DNA of 64,000 bases from Chrysomallon squamiferum. Its lineage: Eukaryota; Animalia; Mollusca. The notes beneath the pieces were generated by a model that had not been told where the DNA came from, made no database searches, and worked only from the letters and a program-made list of their open reading frames with translations. This document shows positions 1 through 11,390 of this stretch, one piece after another; positions within the stretch are counted from its first letter, which is position 1, and each line of letters starts with the position of its first letter. The stretch spans positions 33,604,001 through 33,668,000 of the forward strand of contig CM022672.1 in the NCBI GenBank assembly GCA_012295275.1, written 5' to 3'. The translations under genes and the position numbers were made by a program.

Positions 1-2200
1 TCATCGTAGAGAAAATTCACTTCAAAAGCTCCAGCATCATCAGCATTCTGTATAATTTCCTTTGGGACAGAAAAACCATCAGTATATTCATGTAATAGAT
101 TTCTCAGGCGTCTTGTTAATGGTTCAGTTTGTCCATAATTCATATCAAATTCTTCTGTTGCATTCAGTAGTGGGTTAGTCAAAATGCGAATACCAAGATC
201 TCTTACCAGCTCTGAAGGGATTTGAGCAAAATAATAATTTTCTGTATCATCGTCGATGTAAGAAAATTGGTAAGATTCACAGTACACACAATGTCTCAGC
301 TGCTTTAGAACCAGTCGCTTTTCATCATTATGTACTGGAAGTAGTAAATCTGTTTTATCAGTAGTTTCATCTTCTTTCAGAACCTTCAGTATTCTCAGAA
401 CTAGTGAAAGATCTGTTGAAACTGACAACCCATCAACACACTCATCGTGGTTTTGCTGAATTTCTTTCAATACATCCATCAACATTTGTGAAGTCTGTTT
501 TTCTGAAGCACCAAGTTGGTGAAAAATGTGACTAAAACATAGTAAAGATTTTGGTAGTATGTACCGGTAAGGCTTGAGATCAATATCTGAAGACTGGTCT
601 TTTATCCAAACATTTTCAGGCTTAACAAATCCAACGTCTTCGCCAATCCATACGACATTCATGGTAGCTAACTTGATTTGAATTTTTGTTGATAGTGTAA
701 TTTTACTGAAATAGTGGTACACCTCATTTAACTGCGTCATGTACATCTGATGTTCCTCTGCACAATACGTCTCTATTATATTATTTATGTGTTTGACAAT
801 CACATCAACACAGGGATTTTGGGTAAGATCAGTTCTGTTCATTAACAAATTGTCTTTGGTGACAACTTGCACAGAACCTACTAAGTTTAGATAAGTGAAA
901 TGGCACATGTCTTTTGGTCTGCCAATATTTCTCTCATTTCCTCCAGCAAAGGGAAGATGCTGAGGGTAAGATGAAGGTCTCTCAGTCAGAACTGGCATCC
1001 ATCGAGATGACTTTATTTTTGATAATTGATGTTCTGAAATATCGCATTTTGCCAAGCTCATCAAAATAGCTTCTGCTTTTTCTCTAACCATCTCTGGCTC
1101 AAGAATATTTTCAATTAATGAAACTGAATTACAGATTTCTTTTGAAGTTACATTTTGATCTTTTTTCAATCCTAGCTTCTCCAATCCAGATAGCATATTA
1201 GGCTGGGAAAATTCTTCACTTGGAAACATTTCTTCACCATAGAAGAGCTTTTGGAGGAATGGACTGCGAGGATCAAATAAGTCTTTTGCTCTTTTCAATT
1301 CTGCCTTCCTACAGGAAGGCAAGAAATGGATATCTGTAGCTTTTTGACTAATTTCTACCTTATTAAGATAATCATGACTGTTTTCACAGAGAAATCTCAT
1401 GAATGTTTGTATATTTTCTGTACTGTAATATTTTTGGTGTGGGAATGTCATGAGATCAAGAACTTTGCATATAAGCTGATGAATGGAAACTTCTTTAGCT
1501 CCCACGTGTTCAGCTAGTTTACGCGATGAAGCAGAAAGCCCATGTAAATACTCTGATGGATATGAAACTGGAATTATTTGTGTGGGTGCTATTTCAGCTA
1601 GTTCTTCAATTGAGATATATCTTTCTTCTGATGTTTTGAATATTTTCAATACACTTAACGTACTTTTTTCCCTGGAGGATATATCTGTGCATAAAGATAG
1701 GAATTCCCGAAACTTATTTTTCATTAATTCATCTGCTGTATCATTGAAATTCTGAATATTTTCCTTTGAAACTTGACACAGTATCTTAATAACACCTTGT
1801 GGAGTGGGGTAAGGAATCATGCTGCCTACTGGTAGAAGTGACTGAATATAATTAGGAACTGAAGGCAAGACTACAACTCCTAATTTCTGTAAGCACTTGC
1901 AAATCTCTTCAGACAGATGTTCAAACCCCACAAATGTTGCTGCTATGAAGTTGTCTTTCAGAGGATGTAACATAATTTTATCATGTGTATATTCTGGTAC
2001 TAGAGGAATATCTTGCATTGATGACATCATGTCTACCCCTAATTCTTGGGCTAAAATCCATAATTCTTTCAACCATTTTTCACCTAAAGTGGGTGACGAT
2101 TTCTCCAAATATTTTGAATCATGAAGTTTGTTGTTTCTGAAACACAGTCTGACCATTTCTGGAAATATCTCAGCAGTGACTTTTATTATTTTATTATATC
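1..2200 (-). CDS. SACS: Sacsin-like gene copy 1, coding exon 5 (giant exon, continues beyond window start)
   Basis: Acceptor TTTTCCTCAG|GATAT at 2200 (phase 1). The frame at 2200 matches the frame at base 1 and the exon aligns with copy 2 (48047-50243). It ends in the second sacsin repeat YGQTEPLTRRLRNLLHEYTDGFSVPKEIIQNADDAGAFEVNFLYD. Absent from the ORF track, probably because it has no stop inside the window. Confidence 0.9.
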
Positions 2201-2518
2201 CTGAGGAAAAAAAAAGAAGAAATATACCTTTAACATTTTATTTTATTAAAATATACACCATAATTGAATATAAATCTATGTAATTATATAATGTTAGAAA
2301 AGAAAATCGCTATAAAATATATAAAAAAGAACATTTGAATTATGCACAATTAAGCCACCTATTTCACGTTTGTTATTTCACATATGCAGTACCTGACGAC
2401 TTTTAATAATTATCTTTTAAATAGCAAAAGTTATTTTTCTTTTGTTGTTACCAATAATATATTTAATCAATATGTTACAGAAATAATTTTGATATCGTTA
2501 ATTATTTATCCTACATAC

Positions 2519-4030
2519 CATTGTCTGCCATATTGGCAAAGTAGCAAAGGTGATCAATAGTGGGTCTGATTAGAAGACCTTCCAAACTTGGAAATAGATG
2601 AGTTTTCTGTGGACAGAAAAATATATTTTGCTTTGCAAATGTCTGGAATGATCCATCAACCACAGGAAGCAAAGTCAGTCCTTCAAGGCAAGTGTATGAA
2701 GATGAAGATGAGAGGAGAGCATATGTCAAAAGATGTTGTTTTTCCTCATCACTGTAGCGAATGTACCGATCTGAAGTTTTCAGCAAGTTACACAGCCCTT
2801 CTGGACTGATTTTCGACACACAGCTCACAATTTTTTTCACAATGTGATCTGGAAGCTTCACAACATTCTTTCCATAATCCAGATAAGTCTTTTTGACTGT
2901 ATTGAAAACTGATGGTTCAACTGATGGTTGCTCATTCAGAGCAAGAATAATATCTTTCATTAGAAGCCATTTTCCCCCATCGACTTCACTGAAAAATGCT
3001 TTTGTTTTAAACAGTTTTTTGTAAAATGGCTTCAAGAAATCTTTCCAATGAGCAGTAAGCTTTGAATCATCAGGAAATGAACCATAAAAGAGATCAACAT
3101 CTTCAGTGGAATTATTTCTTTCCTTGGATAGTTTTCTGAGTTCTTTAATGAGTATAATGTAAGCTTCTGGAAGAGCTTCTGAAATCAGACAGTGATTCCA
3201 TTCATCTTGTTTTTCCTCATCTTGTGACCATTTAACTTCTCTGCGATCTTGAGTTAGTGCGAAATAGCCATTGACGTGGACAGGCAAGCCTGTATTATTT
3301 CCTGCACTAAGAGGCAGAGGTAGAAAACAAAAAATATGTCCTTTCATTAGGTCTTCGTCTGTCAGAGGATAAGCAACACCAACATAAGGTGAGTAAGAGA
3401 GGTCTGTATCAGAACAAAGATTTCTGAGGGTCTGAGATACTGGTTCTCCCATGTAGAAATTCACCACCATCCAGTCATGTGAGTTGCATAGGGTAGGATG
3501 TCCAGAACTGAACTTTACTGTTTCAACAGAAAACTGATATGTAGAATGAAATGACTTAGGTGGGATCTTGCCACTGACATGTTCAATTTCCATTTGGAAT
3601 AGTTTTCTTTCTCTACGAACACGATTTAAATATTGTGGTGCTATGTTGACAGTATAAATTGTTTCTGCATTCGACAAGGAGCCAGCTCTTCTAAAAAGAG
3701 ATATTTTCTCAAGAGACTTTAGAAAGAGAAGAATCATTTCTGCCTCTGAAATGAAATTTTCAAAGATATTTGTTATATTTTCTTCTGTATAGACGTTTTG
3801 CGAAAGATCGGATTTAACCATTCGCAATGGAAACCAAAATAAAGTGCCATTGTAGAATCTACTATTTAAGAAAGATTGTGAAAAATCAAATGTTCCGCCA
3901 AAGACATTAATAAGTGCTTCCAGTGTATGATCATCCAAGTTCTCTAGTTTTCTCATGACACAGACTTCATCTTTTGGTTGATGTGGATTAATAAAAAGGA
4001 TCCATTCCCCACTGACAATGCAAAGCCAGT
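2519..4030 (-). CDS. SACS: Sacsin-like gene copy 1, coding exon 4 (1512 nt)
   Basis: Acceptor TTTCAG|AC at 4030, donor AATG|GTATGT at 2519, phase 1 to phase 1. Sacsin motifs GTLFWFPLR, LLFLKSLEKI, GHIFCFLPLP, TGLPVHVNGYFALTQDRR. Confidence 0.92.
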
Positions 4031-4467
4031 CTGAAATAAAACATAGCAATTTTGAATCTGTTGTATAGACCTGGCCAATATTTCTTTAAACGATGATTAA
4101 ATTGAAGACAAACAACAGGAAGAAGATGTAGAAGGCAGCAAAATCAGTTTAAAAACTGCTCATGAAAATGTGTACTGCTTTAAACAAAATTTTCTTTTTT
4201 TCAAATTTCTCTCTGAGTTAGATTTATTTTAATAAAGAGATAAAAAAAAAATGATAAGAAAACAGTTAAAAGAGAAGTAAAAGTTTATTCCGTGATATAA
4301 CACTGAAATAGTTATATGCCATAACCTGTTTTATATTGGAATAGTCGATTGCATTTTATTAATGTAAGTGAGTGATGGGTTTAATGCATAAACAAGGCCT
4401 ATTCATGTTTCATAGAGTGACAATACATTTGACCATTGTTATTATCTGGATAAGTTTCTATTTGCAC

Positions 4468-4615
4468 CTGTGAAGTGAAATACAGATTTGAAACCCAGTC
4501 CATAGCGTCCAACTTTAAGACGGTCTTTTTCTTTCATGCTGCTCTGGATCATCTGGATTCCTAACCAGTCTTTTTCAGTGAACAGTGCATCATTGAACAC
4601 ACAGAGGCCAGGACC
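4468..4615 (-). CDS. SACS: Sacsin-like gene copy 1, coding exon 3 (148 nt)
   Basis: TACAG|GGTCCT acceptor and CACAG|GTGCAA donor. Encodes GPGLCVFNDALFTEKDW...VGRYGLGFKSVFHFT, the GHKL ATPase G-box of sacsin repeat 1. Confidence 0.9.
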
Positions 4616-4978
4616 CTGTAATAAGAGAAACAAGTGTATTGAATAGTTTTATTTTTTCATATAGAATTTCCACCAGTAGATTTGTTAGCTATTATTATAT
4701 TCGTAATATGTTTAAAAATTTAAATAAAGAAAGAAAGAATGCAAATGTTTTTGATCATTTTACATTTTCCTACTACGACAGAGATTGCTTTGCATGTAAT
4801 ATACATTCCATGGTTAGAAGAATATTTTTATCAAACTGTAAATGTGTCTACACAATTGGGTAAAAACATCAGCAGTTTTATGAATCATTCAGAACAGGAA
4901 GAGGGGTCATTTTGTAATCTGTGTCAGCCACATTTTCCGACTCTTTATGTTAAATGTAATTTCATCATATAATACTAC

Positions 4979-5047
4979 CTTTAGAATCTGTCCTTTTGGA
5001 TCCTGGTCCAGTACTGATTTCAGCTGCTTGATGAGACTAGGCTGTTT
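4979..5047 (-). other. Intronic duplicate (pseudo-exon) of the first coding exon, copy 1
   Basis: Near-identical to 5790-5858 including the AAG|GTAGTATT donor, but lacks the ATG. Confidence 0.85.
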
Positions 5048-5463
5048 TGATATTGTTATTGGAAAGCATTTTCTTTTTTATTTTGCTATGTTTTATTCTG
5101 GCTCGTATTCAAATGTGTTAGTAAGAAAACACTTTTTAAATAAAGAAAATGTCAAGCAACAGACTGAAGTTAGACTGTTTTCCATAATGTTTGGCTACAC
5201 AGGTGATTTATATTATATCATTTTCCTTGTTGGTGAACAATGATTATTTCCAATATCATTATCAATAATAATTACAACAATAACAACAGCAATACAACAA
5301 CAATAACAACGACAATAATGACAACGTTTGATGTTTAATAATATTTAAAGATTATCACAATTTTTCATTCAGCTTTTCAGTGCACCCATTCAGCTCAGCC
5401 AGACATATGTTGTTACTGTGTTCTTCATACACTCAGACATCATTTACACTTCATTTCACGTAC

Positions 5464-5589
5464 CTGCAGTGCTTTCACATGACATGGATTTTTCAGCTTA
5501 GCCAAGTCTTCTGACTTGTTACACTGCTGTTTTTCATATAACACTTTCACCTCCTTAGCACCTGCATCTTCAGCATTCTGTATGATTTC
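5464..5589 (-). CDS. SACS: Sacsin-like gene copy 1, coding exon 2 (126 nt)
   Basis: TTTTACAG|GAAATC acceptor and CTGCAG|GTACGT donor. Encodes EIIQNAEDAGA (GHKL N-box). Confidence 0.9.
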
Positions 5590-5789
5590 CTGTAAAACAG
5601 TAGTAATAACAGGTGTCATTGCAAAGGAAACAAAAAGCAGTAGAGGTAGTAACAGTAAAAGTAACATAGTGTAGAAGCCACAGCAAAGATTTGAAAGTTA
5701 GCTTTTACATTTTATTTTATTAATATTAAAGATCAGAATTTAAAAATTTGGAACTGCTTTGAATTTATAATTTTATCATATAATACTAC

Positions 5790-5861
5790 CTTTAGAATCT
5801 GTCCTTTTGGATACTGATCCAGTACTGATTTCAGCTGCTTGATGAGACTAGGCTGTTTCAT
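5790..5861 (-). CDS. SACS: Sacsin-like gene copy 1, first coding exon (exon begins 5902, probable start ATG 5861)
   Basis: Acceptor AATTTCAG| at 5902, donor AAG|GTAGTA at 5790. MKQPSLIKQLKSVLDQYPKGQILK splices in frame to EIIQNAEDAG and resembles the start of sacsin repeat 1. Confidence 0.8.
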
Positions 5862-6746
5862 GCAAGCCAGTCCTTCCTTTAGTTTGCTAGACCCAGAGGA
5901 AGCTGAAATTATTCTCATTAATTAGAAAAGATAAGTCATTTTAACAAGAATAATACTCAGCAATTATCTTTTAATGACGTATAAAATCTAAACATAAAAC
6001 TGTATGTGTAGATGTTTTACCAAAACATTTTTTAAAAACTTTGAAAACCAAATTAAGCATAAAATTATAAGTAAAAAATATTATTAATTAAAATTAAATA
6101 TAAAGTAATTAATTAGAAATAGCAAAAATCAAATAAAAAATCAAATAAGGGCTCATTATGTTTTGGAAAAATCAAACAACCTAGTGGTGGAATTAATATT
6201 TGAAGATTTGTATTTAAAAGGTAAACAGAAATAAATAAATCCACATACCCATTTGGCTGCCTTTATCTTGCACACTCTCTCCTTATTATGTCATGATAAA
6301 TGTTGCTACTTCTGAAGAAAAGAATATATATTATATATGACTGAAAATATATTGTTTTGATATGGTTCACAAAAGTTTTTATTATTTTTAATAAGTAAAA
6401 TACTCATTACATAAAAATTAAATTTATTTCATAAAACTTTAGATGAAGAGAGTTCATAGATATTTCAACAACAATACTTATACAAATATCAGTTACAACT
6501 CTAGATTGGTAGTATGATATGCACAGATATGTATATAAAAAAATACCTATTATTAAAACAAAAATAACAAAAAGCAGTTACTTACTTCTTTAGATTGATG
6601 GAAGTATTTCAAAAACAATACATTAAATACATCTCTAGATAGAGAAAAGTTAGCATACATAGATATTTCAACAGCAGAATTATATTCAATGTACAAACAC
6701 TAACTGATGTTACCTTTTCGGATTGATCGAATTACTGTATACATAT

Positions 6747-6855
<109 letters not shown>

Positions 6856-6909
6856 CCTATTACATTACCAAGATGTTTAGTGAATTATTTATAAATAATA
6901 AGAGAGTGA

Positions 6910-7935
6910 CTATATTCTCTGATCAAGTTGAATTACTGGAAAATGTCAGAGGCTATTTAAAAACAAATATTTTAGATTTATATATAATACTATGGAAATA
7001 GAAATTGCTACTGATGTTAAATACCTCCGGCCTGTTTCAAGTAAATGTGGACCCTTCATAAATACTAAGAAAGGTTTAATCAAATGAGCTTCAAAGTTAA
7101 TGTTTGGTGTATTAAAAAAATGTAGAGGATTTAACATATCAATCGACAGTCACTTACGTTTCTTTGACAAGATTGTAAAACCAATATTATCATATGGATG
7201 CAAAATCTGGGGTTTTAGTAATTTATATTTTACAAATAACTATTAAATGTTAAGTCAACACCTAGCTTCACGTTTATGGTAAATTAGAGAGATATCCATT
7301 GCCTATACGTTTTAAAGAAAGAATGATTATATTTAGGTCATGTTGTTAACCGTAAAACATTTAAAATGTTGTTATCGTATAATCATAGTTTAAATGCTAT
7401 ATCAACGTCCTTTGTTATCTTCCATAAAAACTATACTAGATGAATGTGGTTTATATACTACATATTCGTGTCTCCAAATGAATGGCTTGTAGATAAAAAT
7501 GCTGTTAAAAGAATTTTATGTTTTTAGTTCTTACAAAAATGGCATATAAATAGACTTGAGTCATCTAAAGGTATTAATTGTAGGACGTCTAAAGATGAAT
7601 TTAAATTAGAAAATTATCTGTTCAAGATGCCAACAAAAAACGATAATATAAAATTTATAAGCAGTAATGTCAGACTTGCTATAGAAACTTGTAAATGGTT
7701 TAGTATCGAAAGAGAAGACAGAGTATTTCATTTACGTAATTCTGATACTGGTGCTGAGTTCCTCTATATTTTTAACGCACAACTTTATCTTCTGAGAGAA
7801 ACAAATATATACCATATTATACACTTAGATCAAAAGCATTAACATTTCAGCATTTGTTTTCTACAACAACAAAAAAATTACTTTTGTATAAACTTTCCCG
7901 ATTTAACAATTTATCACTGAGAGACTCAGTCTTCT
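6910..7935 (+). mobile_element. Decayed non-LTR retrotransposon (LINE) ORF2 3' fragment in intron 1 of sacsin copy 1
   Basis: Broken frames give FDKIVKPILSYGCKIWG and RLAIETCKW, typical of LINE ORF2 C-terminal regions. Homologous to 54960-56370. Clade not assignable by eye. Confidence 0.7.
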
Positions 7936-8096
7936 GGGTCAAGTAATAATTATTTTGTTTTGTAACATTACAGTAAATATTGTACAAAATGTATACAAAT
8001 AATTTGACTAGAGTGATATTAGCAATTCTGCAGGAACAAAAAAAAAAAAAAATAAAAAAAAAAAAAAAAAAACAGCAATCTGGAATCATATTATTT

Positions 8097-8196
<100 letters not shown>

Positions 8197-8413
8197 AATA
8201 TCATAAAAGAGTTCAAGTATGTTTTCGTGTGTCTACTCCAATATATAAAAAGTATTCACGATTTGAATGCTGCTATAACTTTTAAATGTATTATACTTTA
8301 AATGTTTGTTATAAAACCTTACACATACTTTATATAAATAAGTATGTCTTCTTATTATTTATTTATTAATTTATTTTATTAACTACAAATAAATTATTTT
8401 TGCCTGGTCTTAC

Positions 8414-8527
8414 CTTATTGTTAATCAATATCCAATGAATTTCAACTTTCCATACATTTCCACGCTCCCATCATTTTGTTTATCTCAGTGTAAACGTTGT
8501 TTGAGGTTTCTGCTGTAGATTTGATAT
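8414..8527 (-). other. Probable non-coding first exon of sacsin copy 1 (module A)
   Basis: Strong donor AAG|GTAAG at 8414/8413, conserved in all four modules (11535, 58449, 60089). Inr-like TCATAT at 8527, about 28 nt downstream of CATAAAAG. Confidence 0.6.
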
Positions 8528-8650
8528 GAAATCAAGCAGTGTATTGCCTTTTATGTACATGTCAGGTTAATTTTTTCCATGAAAAGACAAAGCTCTTTGC
8601 TCCCGTATTTTTCTTGGAATAGGAAAGTAGACTCTGTTTGATTGGTTGCA
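8527..8650 (-). promoter_or_regulatory. Putative sacsin core promoter A: CATAAAAG (8548-8555), GAS sites TTCCATGAA (8575-8583) and TTCTTGGAA (8611-8619), CCAAT (8641-8645)
   Basis: The motifs are read directly from the sequence and occur in the same order and spacing in modules C and D. Confidence 0.6.
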
Positions 8651-10058
8651 CAATTCAGATACTTTCCCTGTTAGTATATGAGACGAGCTAGCCTTAACGA
8701 GTCATCCTGAAATTTCCACTGGCCTCTCAACTTTGATCCGAACTATCGCGTGTTACAATAAGTAGTTGTGACAACACCGAGAAATATAATCTAACGAATG
8801 GTTTATCTTAGAGGCGTTTTCTGTCTCCATCTATCTGTTTGGCTTTTTTGCACCCTTTAACAGTTTAAGCTAACATAGTGATACAGTGCAACGTTTATAA
8901 TAAACATGATAAAAGCATAGTTCACTTAGATGGATTCCTTCTGCTTTTGCTGAACTGATAATGAACTGATTTATTAGTTAGCCATTCAGACTTCAGGTTT
9001 AGCTAGTTCTGTTCTATGACGGGTGCTGTGTTCCCAGTGAACATAAAAAGCCGCCTCACACACAAATAACACCAGTAGTATGAGTCACCAGAGTGAAGTT
9101 TGATCACAGCAGGCAGGTTTAGCTTGTTGGAAAGCAATACACTGAGTTGCACGCATGACCTGCTAAACGTAATGTCAAAAGTAAATGACAGGTTTCTATG
9201 TCAGTCTGTATCTACGCTCTTATCGTATATAATTTGACAAATACAAATATAAAACAAAAAAATTCTTGTTTTTAAATTTTTGAAACAGCACGCACTATTT
9301 GAAGTTGGGTGTTATTTTGTGTTTATTTCAAACTAGTAAAATAAATTATTTTTCCACCAGCATACCATTACTTATAAGGGTGTTTTTTTTTTTGGGGGGG
9401 GCGGTTTGTGCTTTTTTATTATTATTATTTTTTTTTTTAATACCAGCCAGATTACTTACTTCGTAGTAATCAAGACGTTTGGATTATCTGAAATTCCACC
9501 GTTTATGCGCGCGCTCTACTGTTAATTGTTTCTTAATGTCTGAACTACAGGCTGAGTTCTAATGAGACAGCTACCACTCATACTACTGGTAATACTACAA
9601 ATACTACCAAACCCTACTCTACTGATAATGATAATACAAACACATCTGTTACTATTATCATTACAATCACTACTATTACATTTTATATATATATAAATAT
9701 ATCATTACAACCATTACCATTACATTTATATATATATATATATATAACTATGTTTGTTTCTGTTGACTCAGTCGCTTGTGACTGTGGAATTAATCGGAGA
9801 AAATGTCATGCGGACAAAAATAAAAATGAATGGTTTTACCTTAAAGGTTGCTTCTAGACATTCTTGTGTCAGACATTTAGCAGAAAGTTGGCACCGGTTT
9901 AGAAGTTTCAGTAATAATAATAATAATAATATTACTTCTGTGGTATCTGTATCTGTTGTACCTTCACTATATTGTTGTTATTATTGCTATTATTGGAACT
10001 GACATTATGATTATTATTAATATTATTATTATTATTATTTTTTTTTTTAACTCCTATT

Positions 10059-10141
<83 letters not shown>

Positions 10142-10909
10142 AAATACTACTGTTACTGCGACAACGATGATAACAACGTAGGCGAAACCTAATACTATTT
10201 CTACTTTGATTACAACAGTACTACGGAAATTATCCAAACTATTTATGGAACTACTCATATGACTACTTCAGCTTTATATCGTTGCAACACATTCAGTTAT
10301 TACTGCTTAAATGACGTTATCTGTATTTAGGAAATACAGTCTACAACAAAAATCACTATGAGTAATGTAAATTTATATTTTATTGCGGCGTATTTTTATA
10401 CTGTTATGTCAGAAGGAAGAAGAATGGATACAGTATTTGCGAACTGGTGTCGCTAGTTATTCTAACAGTGTGAACAGTTATGTCATTTACAGTCGTAGGT
10501 TTACTACAAGAAGTAGTAAATATAAATAAAAATAAATAAATAAACAAACAAACAAGCAAATAAATATTTTTCATTACTGCTACTACTACTACTACTACTA
10601 CAACTCCTACTACTACCTACTACAATTACTAATAATGCAATTCTGTAGACTCAGTCGCTTGTGACTTTTGCACTTCTTTCCTACTGAAGAGGCAATTTCA
10701 GGAAAGCAAAAAAGAATAAAGAAATAGATACAAATAAAGAGGCTCTGTATAAACGTTTTTGAATGGTTCACCCAAGTCTGATAATCTGCTTTTAAAGGTT
10801 TTTATGAATTGTCATGTGCTAGAAGTGCATCGTTTTACGTAAATCTGAGATAAAAAGTTAAAATAAAAGTAACAAACAAAGCAATTAGCCTTTTCCGGAA
10901 TTCGTTTCG

Positions 10910-10910
<1 letters not shown>

Positions 10911-10942
<32 letters not shown>

Positions 10943-10945
10943 TGT

Positions 10946-11001
<56 letters not shown>
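10911..11001. repeat. (GT)n microsatellite
   Basis: Near-perfect dinucleotide run. Confidence 0.9.
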
Positions 11002-11004
<3 letters not shown>

Positions 11005-11077
11005 GCTGTGTGTGTGTAATATTGTCAATTTTATAAATATTTGTATATATGGAAAAAAATATAACATTATTTTTTAC

Positions 11078-11151
<74 letters not shown>

Positions 11152-11157
<6 letters not shown>

Positions 11158-11349
11158 AATATCATAAAAGATTTCAAGTATGTTTTCGTGTGCCTTTTCC
11201 AATATCTAAAAAGTGTTCAAGATCTGAATGCTGCAATAACTTTTAAATGTATTATATTTTAAATTATTGTCATAAAACCAAATGCATACTACATGTAAAT
11301 AAATATTTCTTCTTCTTCTTCTTCTTCTTCTTATTATTATTATTATTAT

Positions 11350-11390
<41 letters not shown>

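Noticed and set aside
1326-2809. Plus-strand ORFs overlapping sacsin exons (also 42994-50865)
   Set aside because: Antisense shadows of the real minus-strand CDS; they recur in both copies only because of the duplication.
4031-5918. ORF-track N-termini such as MLCFIS, MFLLLQ, MLLLLLLPLLL (signal-peptide-like) and MRIIS
   Set aside because: These are intronic sequence upstream of splice acceptors, so there is no evidence for a secreted sacsin.
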